From Phoronis australis (lineage: Eukaryota > Animalia > Phoronida): a stretch of 64,000 nucleotides of DNA. Position 1 is the stretch's first letter. Each line of letters starts with the position of its first letter. A model generated the notes under the pieces. It ran no database searches, was not told the DNA's origin, and saw nothing but the letters and a program-made list of their open reading frames with translations. Below are positions 53,886 through 64,000 of this stretch, in pieces. A program made the position numbers and the translations under genes. The stretch covers positions 744,001 through 808,000 of the forward strand of contig NMRA01000077.1 in NCBI GenBank assembly GCA_002633005.1, in the 5' to 3' direction.

Positions 53886-54895
53886 CTACAATGAATGAAG
53901 TTCAATCACTGCTCACCAATATACATTTAATAAACTAGCACAGACAGAAATATTTTGCAAGATTCTGAGATACTGGAGGTGCCATCCAGAGAGAGGCAGT
54001 CTATTTTCAAGAATCGGTCTATATGTCAAAATTCAAAACAACTTCATTTTTGCACATAGATAGGTATCCTAACAAAAATATAAATGCCACATTTTGAGTA
54101 CTCAATGATCCCTAATTTTGCCCCTGGAGCATTGGACCGCAGTTGATCATATCAGCCGTCTCGAAAATTGTATGTTTTCAGCAACGAAAATGAGTAACTT
54201 ACAAAATAGATTGAAAGTTGAGCTTTGGTGGCTGGAATAACCAATGTATACTGGGCATAATAAATGGTATTTATTCAAATTTGACCGATTTGTGCCAGAC
54301 AGGGGAGATAATCCACAGACCACTTTTTGTATCTAATTTTAGTGGCTGTTTTTGTCACCCTCTTACTACCATATTGCACCTTGTAACTTTGTGTAACTTT
54401 TTGAACATACAGCTAAAGAGTTATTCTTGACGACTGAGCAAAAAAATGTCTTTCCTGAACTTTACAGTTTAGTGAAAATTGTCTGACAAAACTGTTTAAA
54501 TTGTTAAAAGGAAATAAACAACTTTGAAGTTTGAACTTATAAGAATTGTTGTTTGTAAAAACTGGTAGAGGGTCTCATGTGCTTAAAACGGGGAACGAAG
54601 GTCCTTCCTGTTCGTTTATAGAGTTTTCAACAAAAAATGCAGTAACAAAAGCCTTGCGGCTTAAGTCAGTCACACTAAAGACACTTCAGAACATCTGAGA
54701 TAACTGTAAAGTACCTCATAAATCAAGGCCAGTGCCAGAGGATGAGCTCCTACTAGCCAAAGTAAGTAAATTTGTGACTGAGCAGGACTAGTAGTGGAAG
54801 CAAATCCTATACGATGTTCACCGAAGAGAATTTGGTGCCAGTTTTCACCCAAGCAGAATGTGTCTATACCCTGAACACCTAAAAGGTAGTCAATC

Positions 54896-55728
54896 CAGTG
54901 GTGTCGACACCTTAAGTGGCACCCCCCCACCCCTACTGATCAGTAGCTAGGTTCGCGCTACGCGCTTGCCATTGGCGAAGTCTGAGAGGCACTTGCGATG
55001 GTAGAGATCAGTCCATTTGCCAACTTGGCAAATGCTTTCTCACCTTGACCACAAAATTAATTTCGGGAAACCTACTCGCATGTCGACTCACAGTCATGTC
55101 GAACCAAGTCGCGCTGCAAACAACATTCTTACTTCGAATTGATTTTTAGGTCAACATCACTGAAGTGCCCATGTGGCCGGCCTACCCCCGCCATAACCCA
55201 GGGATAGGAGGAACTCCAACTTTTTTTAAGGGCGACATCATTTAAATGTCCATATGGCAGGTGTACACACGCAGTAACTCGGGTATAGGGGGAAACATGC
55301 CCTAACTATTTAGGTTACAATAAAACCCTTGTTGGCTAACATTCCCTCTAGGTTATTAGGTTGCTATGACCTTGATATGTTGATCATTTGGTTTTGTCTT
55401 AAGGCAAACATCTTTTCTTATAATACATTTATGAAAAGGACTTGTGCGTAACATGAAATATTAAAAAGTTCGTTCAGTGTAACTGTGTTTTTGGGGTTGA
55501 GAAAAAAGAAAGTGTTTGGCTAATAACTTTTTTTTAAATGGCAAAAAGTTTTCAGAGGCTTTAGCCATTTCGGCTGACAACTTTAAAAGCCTAGTGCAAG
55601 CCTAGAGTAGCTGTGTAACCCCTCAGGTAATAGATGCCTGGTGTCCCCTTGGACTGGACAACACCTGTTTAGCACCTTCCCTTTGGCAGGCACCTAGGGG
55701 TGCCTGACCCCCCTTTGCTACGCCACTG
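54896..55728. mobile_element. hAT-like MITE (CAGTGG...CCACTG) carrying a nested element
   Basis: Termini CAGTGGTGTCG / GCTACGCCACTG. The 8-bp flanks AGTCAATC vs AGGCAGTC (6/8) are consistent with an aged TSD. Confidence 0.55.
54948..55604. mobile_element. Nested non-autonomous DNA transposon (second copy at ~29020-30394)
   Basis: Termini TAGGTTCGCGCTA / TAGTGCAAGCCTA; flanks CAGTAGC / GAGTAGC. Both ends are homologous to 29030-29185 and 30283-30394. Confidence 0.6.
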
Positions 55729-56204
55729 AGGCAGTCACAAGGTATGTTTGAAGGACAGACCATTACTTATGTTGAACTTTGTTGACCTAATGTCTGTCAT
55801 GACCTGAGTCATTAATAAAATTGTCTTTCATCAATTGTTTTCTATTGACCTTGAATGTTTGCCTTACTTTCAGAAATATTCGATCTGGGGGGGGGGGAAG
55901 GGGGTGCAAAAGCCAAATTTCTGGCGACCAGTAGAGATTAAAATTAGTAGCAACTTCCAGGGACATTACAATATGAACGCAAAATTACAATGAGTTTTGA
56001 CCGAGTTGACAAATTTTTTACAGAAGGTCACAGCCCCCTTGGGGCTCTCACCACTAGGATAAAAAACGAGAGCAAGGTATATTGGGCTATCCATGCTCAA
56101 GATCCAAACTTTTCGTAATGTTCTTCTATTTCTGAGGTACAAAAGTATGTGCACATTGCAGCCAATCGTGCCATGTGGTTATAGCATTATCTTAGGTATC
56201 CCTA

Positions 56205-56566
56205 ATTACCCACAGGCGTTCTTAGCGTCTGATTGTCCCCAATACACTACTACAAGGTATGACACTCAGGACTAGAAATTCCACGGATGTTTTCCTTCAG
56301 CCATCCATATCAAACACCAAAGGTTTTTGTGCTTGACTGCAAATCTGTTGCAAACGCGCTGGAGCAGGCCACCGTGAATGGTATTAGAAAAGGAAGAAAT
56401 GCTCACGGTTTGTTGAACCCGTGTTTTGTGTAAATTTATTGTGTTTTGTGTTTGATAGGGATAGCTGAAGTGAATCACCCAAGGAATTTCTAGTCCCGAG
56501 TGTCAAACCTTATAGTATTATATAGTGTATTGGAGGCAAACAAAAGCTGAGGACACCTGTGTAATT
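56205..56566. mobile_element. Degenerate fold-back MITE
   Basis: aattacccacaggcgt...ccaatacacta...aaggtatgacactcaggactagaaattcc...tatcaaacac is mirrored by gtgtttgata...ggaatttctagtcccgagtgtcaaacctt...tagtgtattgg...acacctgtgtaatt. Confidence 0.65.
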
Positions 56567-56643
56567 ACTGAGGTTGTTTCAAATGCAGATAATTTAGACC
56601 TCTGAAATGCAGGATTACCAATACACTATGTAAAGCACTTCAC

Positions 56644-56826
56644 CTGTGCATTATCATATGATGGCGGCCGATCAATATGTAAACCTTGACCAGGCTGTAA
56701 TGTAGATCTCTCTTCGGAAGTCTCTCCAACAACCAGGAAGCCATCTTCCATTCTATCATTCCGAGATCTCGGTTGTCGTGTATTTTGGGGTCCTAACCCA
56801 AACAGTTGACTCAAGAAAGCAGCCAT
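56644..56826 (-). CDS. UMAD1: UBAP1-MVB12-associated (UMA) domain protein 1, first coding exon
   Basis: MAAFLSQLFGLG...MEDGFLVVGETSEER resembles the human UMAD1 N-terminus (EADGFVLLGDTTDEQR). Upstream NAGNAG acceptor ttatttcag|cag at ~56861; donor CAG|gtgaag at 56643; 61 codons, phase 0. Confidence 0.85.
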
Positions 56827-57050
56827 TAGGAAATTTTGATTTCAAGGCTGAGTGTTTTCTGCTGAAATAAAGGACAGTTATAAGTAAGAAAAGACATTGA
56901 ACTGTGAATCACAGTGTGATTCATGAACTTGCGCAAATTATCATGAGACACGACGTGTGAAGACAAATATACCATACGTGTTGAAAAATCACTGAATGAG
57001 TGGATGGTAATAGTTTGATCTTAACTGCCACAAACATGCATGCTACTCAC

Positions 57051-57110
57051 ATGTATAATCATACGACGTCATAAAATTTCGTTGAACACAAGTTCCTGAT
57101 TGATAATCAC
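57051..57110 (-). other. UMAD1: Probable non-coding first exon of UMAD1 (5' boundary approximate)
   Basis: Consensus donor |GTGAGT at 57050-57045 on the minus strand, located between the promoter motifs and the acceptor at ~56861. Confidence 0.5.
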
Positions 57111-57119
57111 TTAAAACAA

Positions 57120-57230
57120 AGTTATGTTTACGTTGTTGGCTTCCGGAAGTTTTGTAATCCACCATGTTGCATTATGGGTATCCGCATGCGCACGTCGAGT
57201 TCCTGCACATTTCCCGCAAATTTTTGGTCG
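57120..57230. promoter_or_regulatory. Bidirectional UMAD1/RPA3 promoter
   Basis: Between the divergent genes: palindromic double ETS site CTTCCGGAAG (57140-57149), NRF1-like CGCATGCGCA (57183-57192), E2F site TTTCCCGC (57210-57217). Confidence 0.7.
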
Positions 57231-57275
57231 TCGGTAGTCTTGCTCTTGCGTTTTACTCGAATCGTGGCCGTTCAA

Positions 57276-57383
57276 ATGGTTATGGAAATTACTGCTCCAG
57301 TGCAACCTGCTGCTCGGGTTGGCGGGAAAATGTTGTCGGAGGTGACAGGGAAATTTGTGTGCTTAATGGGTAAAGCTAGCGAG
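57276..57383 (+). CDS. RPA3: Replication protein A 14 kDa subunit, coding exon 1
   Basis: MVMEITAPVQPAARVGGKMLSEVTGKFVCLMGKASE|gtgcgt aligns to human [33 protein letters not shown], with a phase-0 intron at the equivalent position. An alternative in-frame ATG lies at 57282. Confidence 0.85.
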
Positions 57384-57577
57384 GTGCGTAAACATGGTAA
57401 ACGTCACTGTAGCGTAGCCGTAGGGGAAGTTCGGGTAAATTCGGACAAAACCTAGCTGGATTTGCTTACCTACTACTGAAGGTTTATGTGTCTGCTAATA
57501 ACATTAGACGAGTAATGGGATCTCCGCAAATCTCTTGAGAAACCAACCAATGAGATTTTTCGTTACTAGTTCACTTC

Positions 57578-57642
57578 CAATGCCTTCGAATTTTAAGAAT
57601 AATAACAATCATTGTTATTATTCTTAAAATTCGAAGGCATTG
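57578..57642. repeat. Perfect 65-bp palindrome (32-bp arms, 1-nt centre)
   Basis: caatgccttcgaattttaagaataataacaat-c-attgttattattcttaaaattcgaaggcattg. Confidence 0.95.
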
Positions 57643-58135
57643 TTACAATGGTCAAAATCTGGGAAATTCGGACGCAGGTGGCGAAAGTCGGACCAGCAAA
57701 TTCTGAATAGGTAAAACTCAGACAAAATATATAACAGTTGGCTGACTTTATGATTTCACATAAAACTGCTTAGTGATGAATTATGCTTCAAGCAAATTCA
57801 AGTTCATTTACATGACAAGTGACCTAAATAAAACTTTGAAAAGACAGTGTTCCTACTGCAGACTTTCGGAATCAGCACGCGAAGCAAGCAGAGCGACATA
57901 AGGTGCTGAACATGCCTCATATCTGTTGAAACTTTGTTGTAATTCAATGAGACGATAAATAAATTCCTATTATTGTTCAAAGAGGTGAATGATCTCTTCA
58001 TTTAGTGGTAAGGCATCTTGATTGTTAATATATTTGACGTTTATTTAGACTTGTCCTAATTTTATTGCCGTCCGAGTTCCCCAAACTACCCCTACACGTC
58101 GCTTTGCCTTCAGTCATTACTTACGAGGTCTTCGC

Positions 58136-58388
58136 TGTCTTTAAGTCCTTCCAACTCGAACAAATACTCCCATTATCAAACTTTTTCTTCGAGCAGTCCT
58201 TGGAGCAGTTTATTGGTAACTGGCCATTTTTAACAGGGTGCGCGCTCCTAGCGTGCGCGGTAAAAATAGGAGTACGCGCAATGTAAAAATGGCCAGTTAC
58301 CGATTTTGGGAACTGAGCGAAAAAGAGCTTGAAGAAAAAAGTTTGATAATTTGGGAGCAGTTCTTTGAGTTGGAAGGAATTAAAGACA
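58136..58388. repeat. Imperfect ~115-bp-arm hairpin (MITE-like)
   Basis: tgtctttaagtccttccaactc...ttatcaaactttttcttc...ggtaactggccattttta vs taaaaatggccagttacc...gaagaaaaaagtttgataa...gagttggaaggaattaaagaca. Confidence 0.75.
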
Positions 58389-58469
58389 AACATGGCCTCC
58401 TTTGCACAAAAGGTACTTATAGCAATGTGACTTTGATGTTTTAATCAGTGTGAGGCATAAATCGCCGTA

Positions 58470-59832
58470 GCTAGCCAGCTAGCTGTGTGAAGACTATTGT
58501 TGAAATACAGCTAGGTACCACTGTGTGTTTTTCTTCCATAGACCTCGAAATTGCTCACTGCCAGGGTAGTTCTGCTCGTCAACTCGCTGTGTATCGACAT
58601 GTAGAGCTAAAGACGGGATGGGGTGTATGCAAAATCTGGGAATCAAACGACTCGGCACTCACCTTGACCGTTACAGCTGTTTATGTGGAAAACAATCTAT
58701 TAAACGTCATTTTCTTGTATAATCCTTCGCCTTTTCTGACAAATAAAAGTTATGTTGTCGTTTCATAAACAATACGCTCGTGACATGCGCCACTTCCTAA
58801 GTTTTTGCGACTCGGGAGATAACAATAGGCTTGGCAGCAGCAAAATTTATTCTGAAATTCGGTTTGCTGGTAACAAAATTTTAGAAACTTATAATGGAAC
58901 GAAACCAGCTCCGATAATTTGTTGTGACGTGTACGCAACCTCGTGAAAGAACACCAGTTGGTTAAAGAATTGGCGAAAAAAGAAACTGGCCAATTGGTGA
59001 CGCAATATTTCAGGGCACCGAAACCCGATGCATAAGAACGCTCCACAACTTTAGCAGCAGAATAACAGTAGAACGCCATTTTTTCTAACACCGTTAAATA
59101 ACTTGGTTTACTCAAGGAAGACTAGTTTTTAATGACAATAATTTTGTGTCAGATTTTATCTTACCACTTTTTTACTCAAATTTGCGCAAAGCTGTATATT
59201 TAGTTACAGGTTTGTACCGAGGCTAAATTTGTTGAAAAGCTTCCAGCGTAGGGTCACTGTCTACAATTTGTTGCCACTTCTTCAATCAGCTGTTCTTCCA
59301 CGAGGTTGCATACGTGTCCCAACAAATTATCGGAACTGGTTTCATTATGTTACAAGTATGTCACAACAAATTATCAGAACTGGTTTCATTTTGTTACAAG
59401 TTTTTAGTATTTTAACACTAGCAAATGGAATTACAGAACAAACTTTGGTGCTGTGAAGTTGCCATCGTCTTCCTGAGAGTTTGCAAAAAATTAGGAAATA
59501 GCATGTGTGTGTGACACAACCATACTGTTTTCAAAACAAAGTCATACTTTTCATTGTTACAAAAGGCAGAGAATTATACAAGAAAATGGCATTTATTAGA
59601 TTGATTTTCACTTAAATGGCTGTAACGACCAATGTATGTGTTGATTGACTCCCAGATTTTGCGTGCACCCCTGCCGGTCTGTAGCTCTTCATATTGATAC
59701 AAGTTTCATGGCGAGGTGACGAGCAGAACTATTTGGGCTGTGTGCAATTTCGAGGTCTGTCGGAGCTCAACACACGGTGGAACCTAGTTGTAGTTTGACG
59801 ATAGTCTTCATACAGTTAGCTGGCTGGCTAGC
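58470..59832. mobile_element. ~1.36-kb non-autonomous DNA transposon with ~300-bp TIRs
   Basis: 58470-58760 is inverted relative to 59535-59832 (gctagccagctagctgt.tgaagactat...cagctaggtaccac.gtgtgtt...gacctcgaaattgc). The same family occurs at 21295-21840, 28535-28570 and in fragments at ~62680-62880. Confidence 0.75.
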
Positions 59833-62800
59833 GTTGCTTGAGAAGTTTATTTGAGTTGAGCTGAAATTGAACAACGGATGAATGAATAAATCAGCAGTGC
59901 AGTTGAATATTAAGTGGCACATCTTAACACCGCTAGCATGAGTGAAAGACTTAGGCCTATTGTTTACCATCTGACTCCAAATTCACAGCGACTTGATATT
60001 AGTATTTTCTGAATCTTCTCTTACCCTTAAGGTAAAACGTTGGCAGAGTCCGATTTGGCAAGTACCAAGCTGAAATTGCTGTTGGCAACCTGAGCAGATT
60101 TTGTTTATCCACAGGCGCTCAAACCACACTCTTGACTAGCACCTACACAGGCAAGGGAGTGACTCGCCAGAGGTCGTGAACTTCCGCAAAGTGAGATTTG
60201 AGTGCCTGTGGTTTCCTCATCTGCTTTTCATGACAATGGCGATGAAAAAATTTGTGGCACCCAGACGCAAAATTAAAAACGGCAGGGGGAATAGTAGTGA
60301 CCCAGTGTTCTCCACGACCTGTTTTGACTCGACGCGGTAACGAGTTTGGATTTTGCTGCGTTGAGTTTGGGAAAAGCGTCAATTTTAAAAATTGCTGCGC
60401 CAGGTTTAAAACTTTGGCTGGCTTGGTACTCCCGGCTTCAGTCCACCGCTGCCTGGCGATCGTCGACAGGGCAGCTTGAATAAAAATATAGTTTCGACTC
60501 AACAAATTATCTGAAATCCTCATTTAAGTGTTCCAAATAGCGTCCCTAAGATTTTAAGTTCCTGTGGAGTGGGTATTAATATAAGATTGTTCCCAGCAAC
60601 ATTAGAAAAATCTGTGGAACATACATGTAGTCACGTGACCTTTGTTTTGAAAATTGTCTGCGTGTGTGAGTGAGCGAAGGCGTGCGTGTCTTCAGCGTTC
60701 ATTTGCCAGAGTAAACACAATGTAAACCTAAAGATTTAGGTGTACGTTGTAGGCCTAACTAAAGAAATAACACAAGCAGTATCACGAGAATGCGTTTTAT
60801 ATAGCACTTGCTAATCACATCTATGGTTAAAACGTGGGAGAATTGTCTCGGTAGGTCCTAAGGCTGAATGACATTGAGTAGCCGCCTGACTGGATGTGTG
60901 ATAGTCTTGAGTTATTTTTGGGGAGATTCGGGGGCGAAGGTTTCCCCTATCCGTGGAGCATTTTATCAGGTATTTTACTTTAAAAACACCAATTATGAAT
61001 ACATTAAACAAGTGATTAATAAAGCAATCCCTCTTAAAAATAACGCAACAGTTTTTACAGCATTAGAAACTTTCTGAAATTCATGCCAATATTTATTTCT
61101 TGCCGATATGCTACCAGTAGTTTCATGGATAGTTTCTGAAGACTAATGTCTGCGATGACAAGTGACAGGTATGTAGCGTGCGTTTCTTGGCCACGTGCTT
61201 TTAACAAAGTTTTTTATTCGTGAGACAGTCGTCAGCTGAATGGGCACTTTGAGTACGATTCACGGTTTTTACGTGTAGGCCCTACGAAGTGTCAAATAGT
61301 AGGTCACACCCGACCAGTTCAGTGTACATTTTTGAAACACATAAATACCTCCAGTGAAGATGTTAAGGCTATAGACAGTGTTGACTACTGATATTGAATT
61401 CTAGAAATGTGCGTCTAGTTTGGAATTGGTATCGTGGAGAATACTGCGACCATAGGAAATGGTGGCAATGGGAGGAGAGAATAGCGGCGAGGCGAAAATG
61501 GTGCCCCCAATAATTTACGTCTTACATGCTTGGAAACAAAATATGTTTGTTGTTATGCAGAGGCAAACTCATCTTTAGATTATAGTATATCGTCAAACCC
61601 TTAGACTATTTGTTAAGTTAACTCTTACTTGTGTTAGTTTATGTTTTCATAAAGATTCACATAAAATATTACGGTATCTCAGTGGTGCAGCTGCTATCTT
61701 ATCTCCTGGTCACCAAATCGATTTCAAGCGCCACAGCTGCACCCCCCCTCGTCGCCAGGGACGTCGGCAATCTAAAGCCCCCATCCCCTCTCATTAATGT
61801 TGGGGCCATGCCATGGTAGTTTGCCCTCCTCACCTGTTGGATTATCGCCGTGCACACCTTTACTTTCCAGTATCATAAGAAATTAATGAATAAGTAACAC
61901 TACATTAAAAATCCCTAGTTTCTCACTATAACTGTCTTGTTTCTTTGCCATTTTTGTGGTTGTGACCTACTAGACCTAGCCCAGCCGCCGCCGCGTGGTT
62001 AGCATTGCAATCGGCCGCGTTGCAAGTAACACCTATTGGACCTCTGTGGTACTAAAAATTTTGGCAACCTGTAATTCAAAATGGCGAACTGAGATTTGAC
62101 CCAACTCGCCAATTACGAGTTGAGTGTTTTCTTAATGCAAAGCTGGATATTTCACTTTTCATTTCACTGCAACTCTGCAGTTCTTGCAAGGAAAATTACA
62201 TCAAAATGTGGGAGGTCTGAAAGTGCGCAGGATTATGCAACTCATGACCTTCAGATGGCAACTACCTCGTACCTGTTGAAAAAAATAATCTGATGGGCGC
62301 CATTTTATTACATCTTTATCTCTCACTTTTGTAACAAAGGAAAATCAGGTGTCGCTTTGAAAGCGGTATGCTTGTGATATGTGCCATTTGCCCGATTTTT
62401 GGTTTGGTAAAGTGACATCCTTTAGGAGATGGTGATAACTTTGCCAAAACAAAATTTTGCTCAGAATTTTGATTGCTTGTAATGAAATACTGAAAGTAGA
62501 CAATATGAAACCACTTGTGGCAATTTGTTATGAACTATGTGCAAACGTGTACAAAAAGAACGTAGAAACTGACGAACAGATGTCGCTCTATTTCACTCGA
62601 AGTTGACACATATGATTGCTCTAGAAATTGAATTGCAGAATAACAGACTTGCGGCATTATTTCCGTACTGCTAACCAACTTTGTTTAACTCAAGGAAGAG
62701 TGTAACTGTTGTGCAAAGCTGTATCAATACACAGCTTTGGAATGATCTAGGTAAAAAGTGAAGACAACAAAATATTGCACTAAGCTAATGTCATTGAAAT

Positions 62801-63302
62801 TACGCTTTTCCTTGAGTAAGCTAATTTGGTTATCAGCGCGAAAGAATGCCTTTAGTCCAGTATTCTGCAGTTCAGCCTGTAGAGTGATCATCAGGGTCAA
62901 TGAAATTGAACTCTATTTGCTGGCAAATCTATTTTCGTTGATTCTTCAATCCACTGTTCTTTTTAAGTTTTCACTCAGTTAAAAACAAATTAGTAAAAGT
63001 GGTTTCACCTAGTTGGTGGTACGTTATTGCAAGCGTATCAAAGATTCTTTGGTGATGTATACTGTTGGATCCATTTGCCTTTTGGTTTGTCTGTTCTCTC
63101 TGAAATATTTGTCACGAAGATCACTCACGCTCTCTTTGTTCTCCCTAGTGCTGTGTGCATTGCAAATGACACTTGTGTCTTAAATTTGGTTGAGTGTCTC
63201 CCTTGACTTCAGAACTTCAATTTGAACATGTCAAAATGCACCCTGAAACCTCAAATTGTGTGCTAAACCATGAGCAGTAACTTGGGGTTCTTTTTGTTGC
63301 AG

Positions 63303-63377
63303 CCCAGCAGTGACGGAAGGTCTTTCAAACTTCAGACAACAGATGGCACTATGGTCTTGGTGATGCTGAATGAGCCA
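63303..63377 (+). CDS. RPA3: RPA3 coding exon 2 (gene continues beyond window end)
   Basis: Acceptor ttctttttgttgcag|, donor CCA|gtgagt. The 75 nt encode PSSDGRSFKLQTTDGTMVLVMLNEP, 25 aa like the human segment [25 protein letters not shown]. Confidence 0.88.
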
Positions 63378-63692
63378 GTGAGTAACTGTTTATGTAGAGT
63401 TTTGCTGAATAATTATTGTGAATTGTTTCCAGATGTCGTGCTCATTTTATGACACATCTTTTTAGTCATAGGGTTGAATTATTGCTAGTTTTAGGTAATT
63501 TTTAAAGGTATTTTGTTTGCATACATAATGTGAGCTAAATGTTTAAAACGTGATTCACAATATTGAGAAATTTCATTATATTAAACCATTTTTATCAGCA
63601 GCTGGTCAGTTAAGGGTATATAACCTCTGTATTAAGACTTTTGTGCTAATGTTAGGTAAGTGTTTCTTACATTGATTTGCCATTTTATTGTT

Positions 63693-63875
63693 TCACACAC
63701 AGACAGACAGACAGACACAGACACACACACAGACAGACACACACACAGACACACACACAGACACAGACTGACGCACAGACACACACACACACACAGACAC
63801 AGACTGACGCACAGACACAGACAGGCGCACAGACACAGACACAGACAGACACATAGACAGATACAGACACACACA
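63693..63875 (+). repeat. Compound (CA)/(GACA)/(CACAGA) microsatellite in RPA3 intron 2
   Basis: Visible low-complexity run. Confidence 0.9.
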
Positions 63876-64000
63876 ATAACTAAGCCTCCGGCCCTTGTTA
63901 CCATCAAATCGTCAATTACAATACAGGTAAGTGTGTCAAACACTAACAGTAATACAAGCCCTCCTTTGCTTCAATGCAAAATTAACATATTTACATGTTG

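Noticed and set aside
63632-63943. Cys/Val-rich ORFs
   Set aside because: Translations of a compound microsatellite.

Overview
AT-rich, intron-containing animal genomic DNA, probably an invertebrate bilaterian (a slow-evolving deuterostome is plausible but cannot be proven from this window), with three assembly gaps. Three host genes can be reconstructed with in-phase GT-AG splice sites. (1) A GLCCI1/FAM117-family gene on the minus strand has 4 coding exons at 39552-39297, 14205-14036, 2107-1976 and 804-547 and continues beyond position 1. (2) A complete UMAD1 (UMA-domain ESCRT-I subunit, 203 aa) lies on the minus strand at 56826-56644 + 53885-53457. (3) RPA3 lies on the plus strand with exons 57276-57383 and 63303-63377 and continues beyond the window. 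RPA3 and UMAD1 are head-to-head on a compact bidirectional promoter, and the order and orientation RPA3<>UMAD1>GLCCI1 match the human 7p21 cluster. Introns and intergenic DNA are dense with DNA-transposon relics, fold-back MITEs and minisatellites. The clearest mobile element is a Kolobok-type transposon (50965-52638; 147-bp TIRs, TTAA TSD) with convergent THAP-domain and KolX/P2X7-C-terminal-like ORFs. It is inserted in a 44-bp tandem repeat and has a degraded sister copy at 6695-7330. A ~7.7-kb block (41005-48752), bounded by degenerate inverted repeats and containing same-strand decayed ORFs I cannot assign, is a candidate ancient large mobile or viral element.
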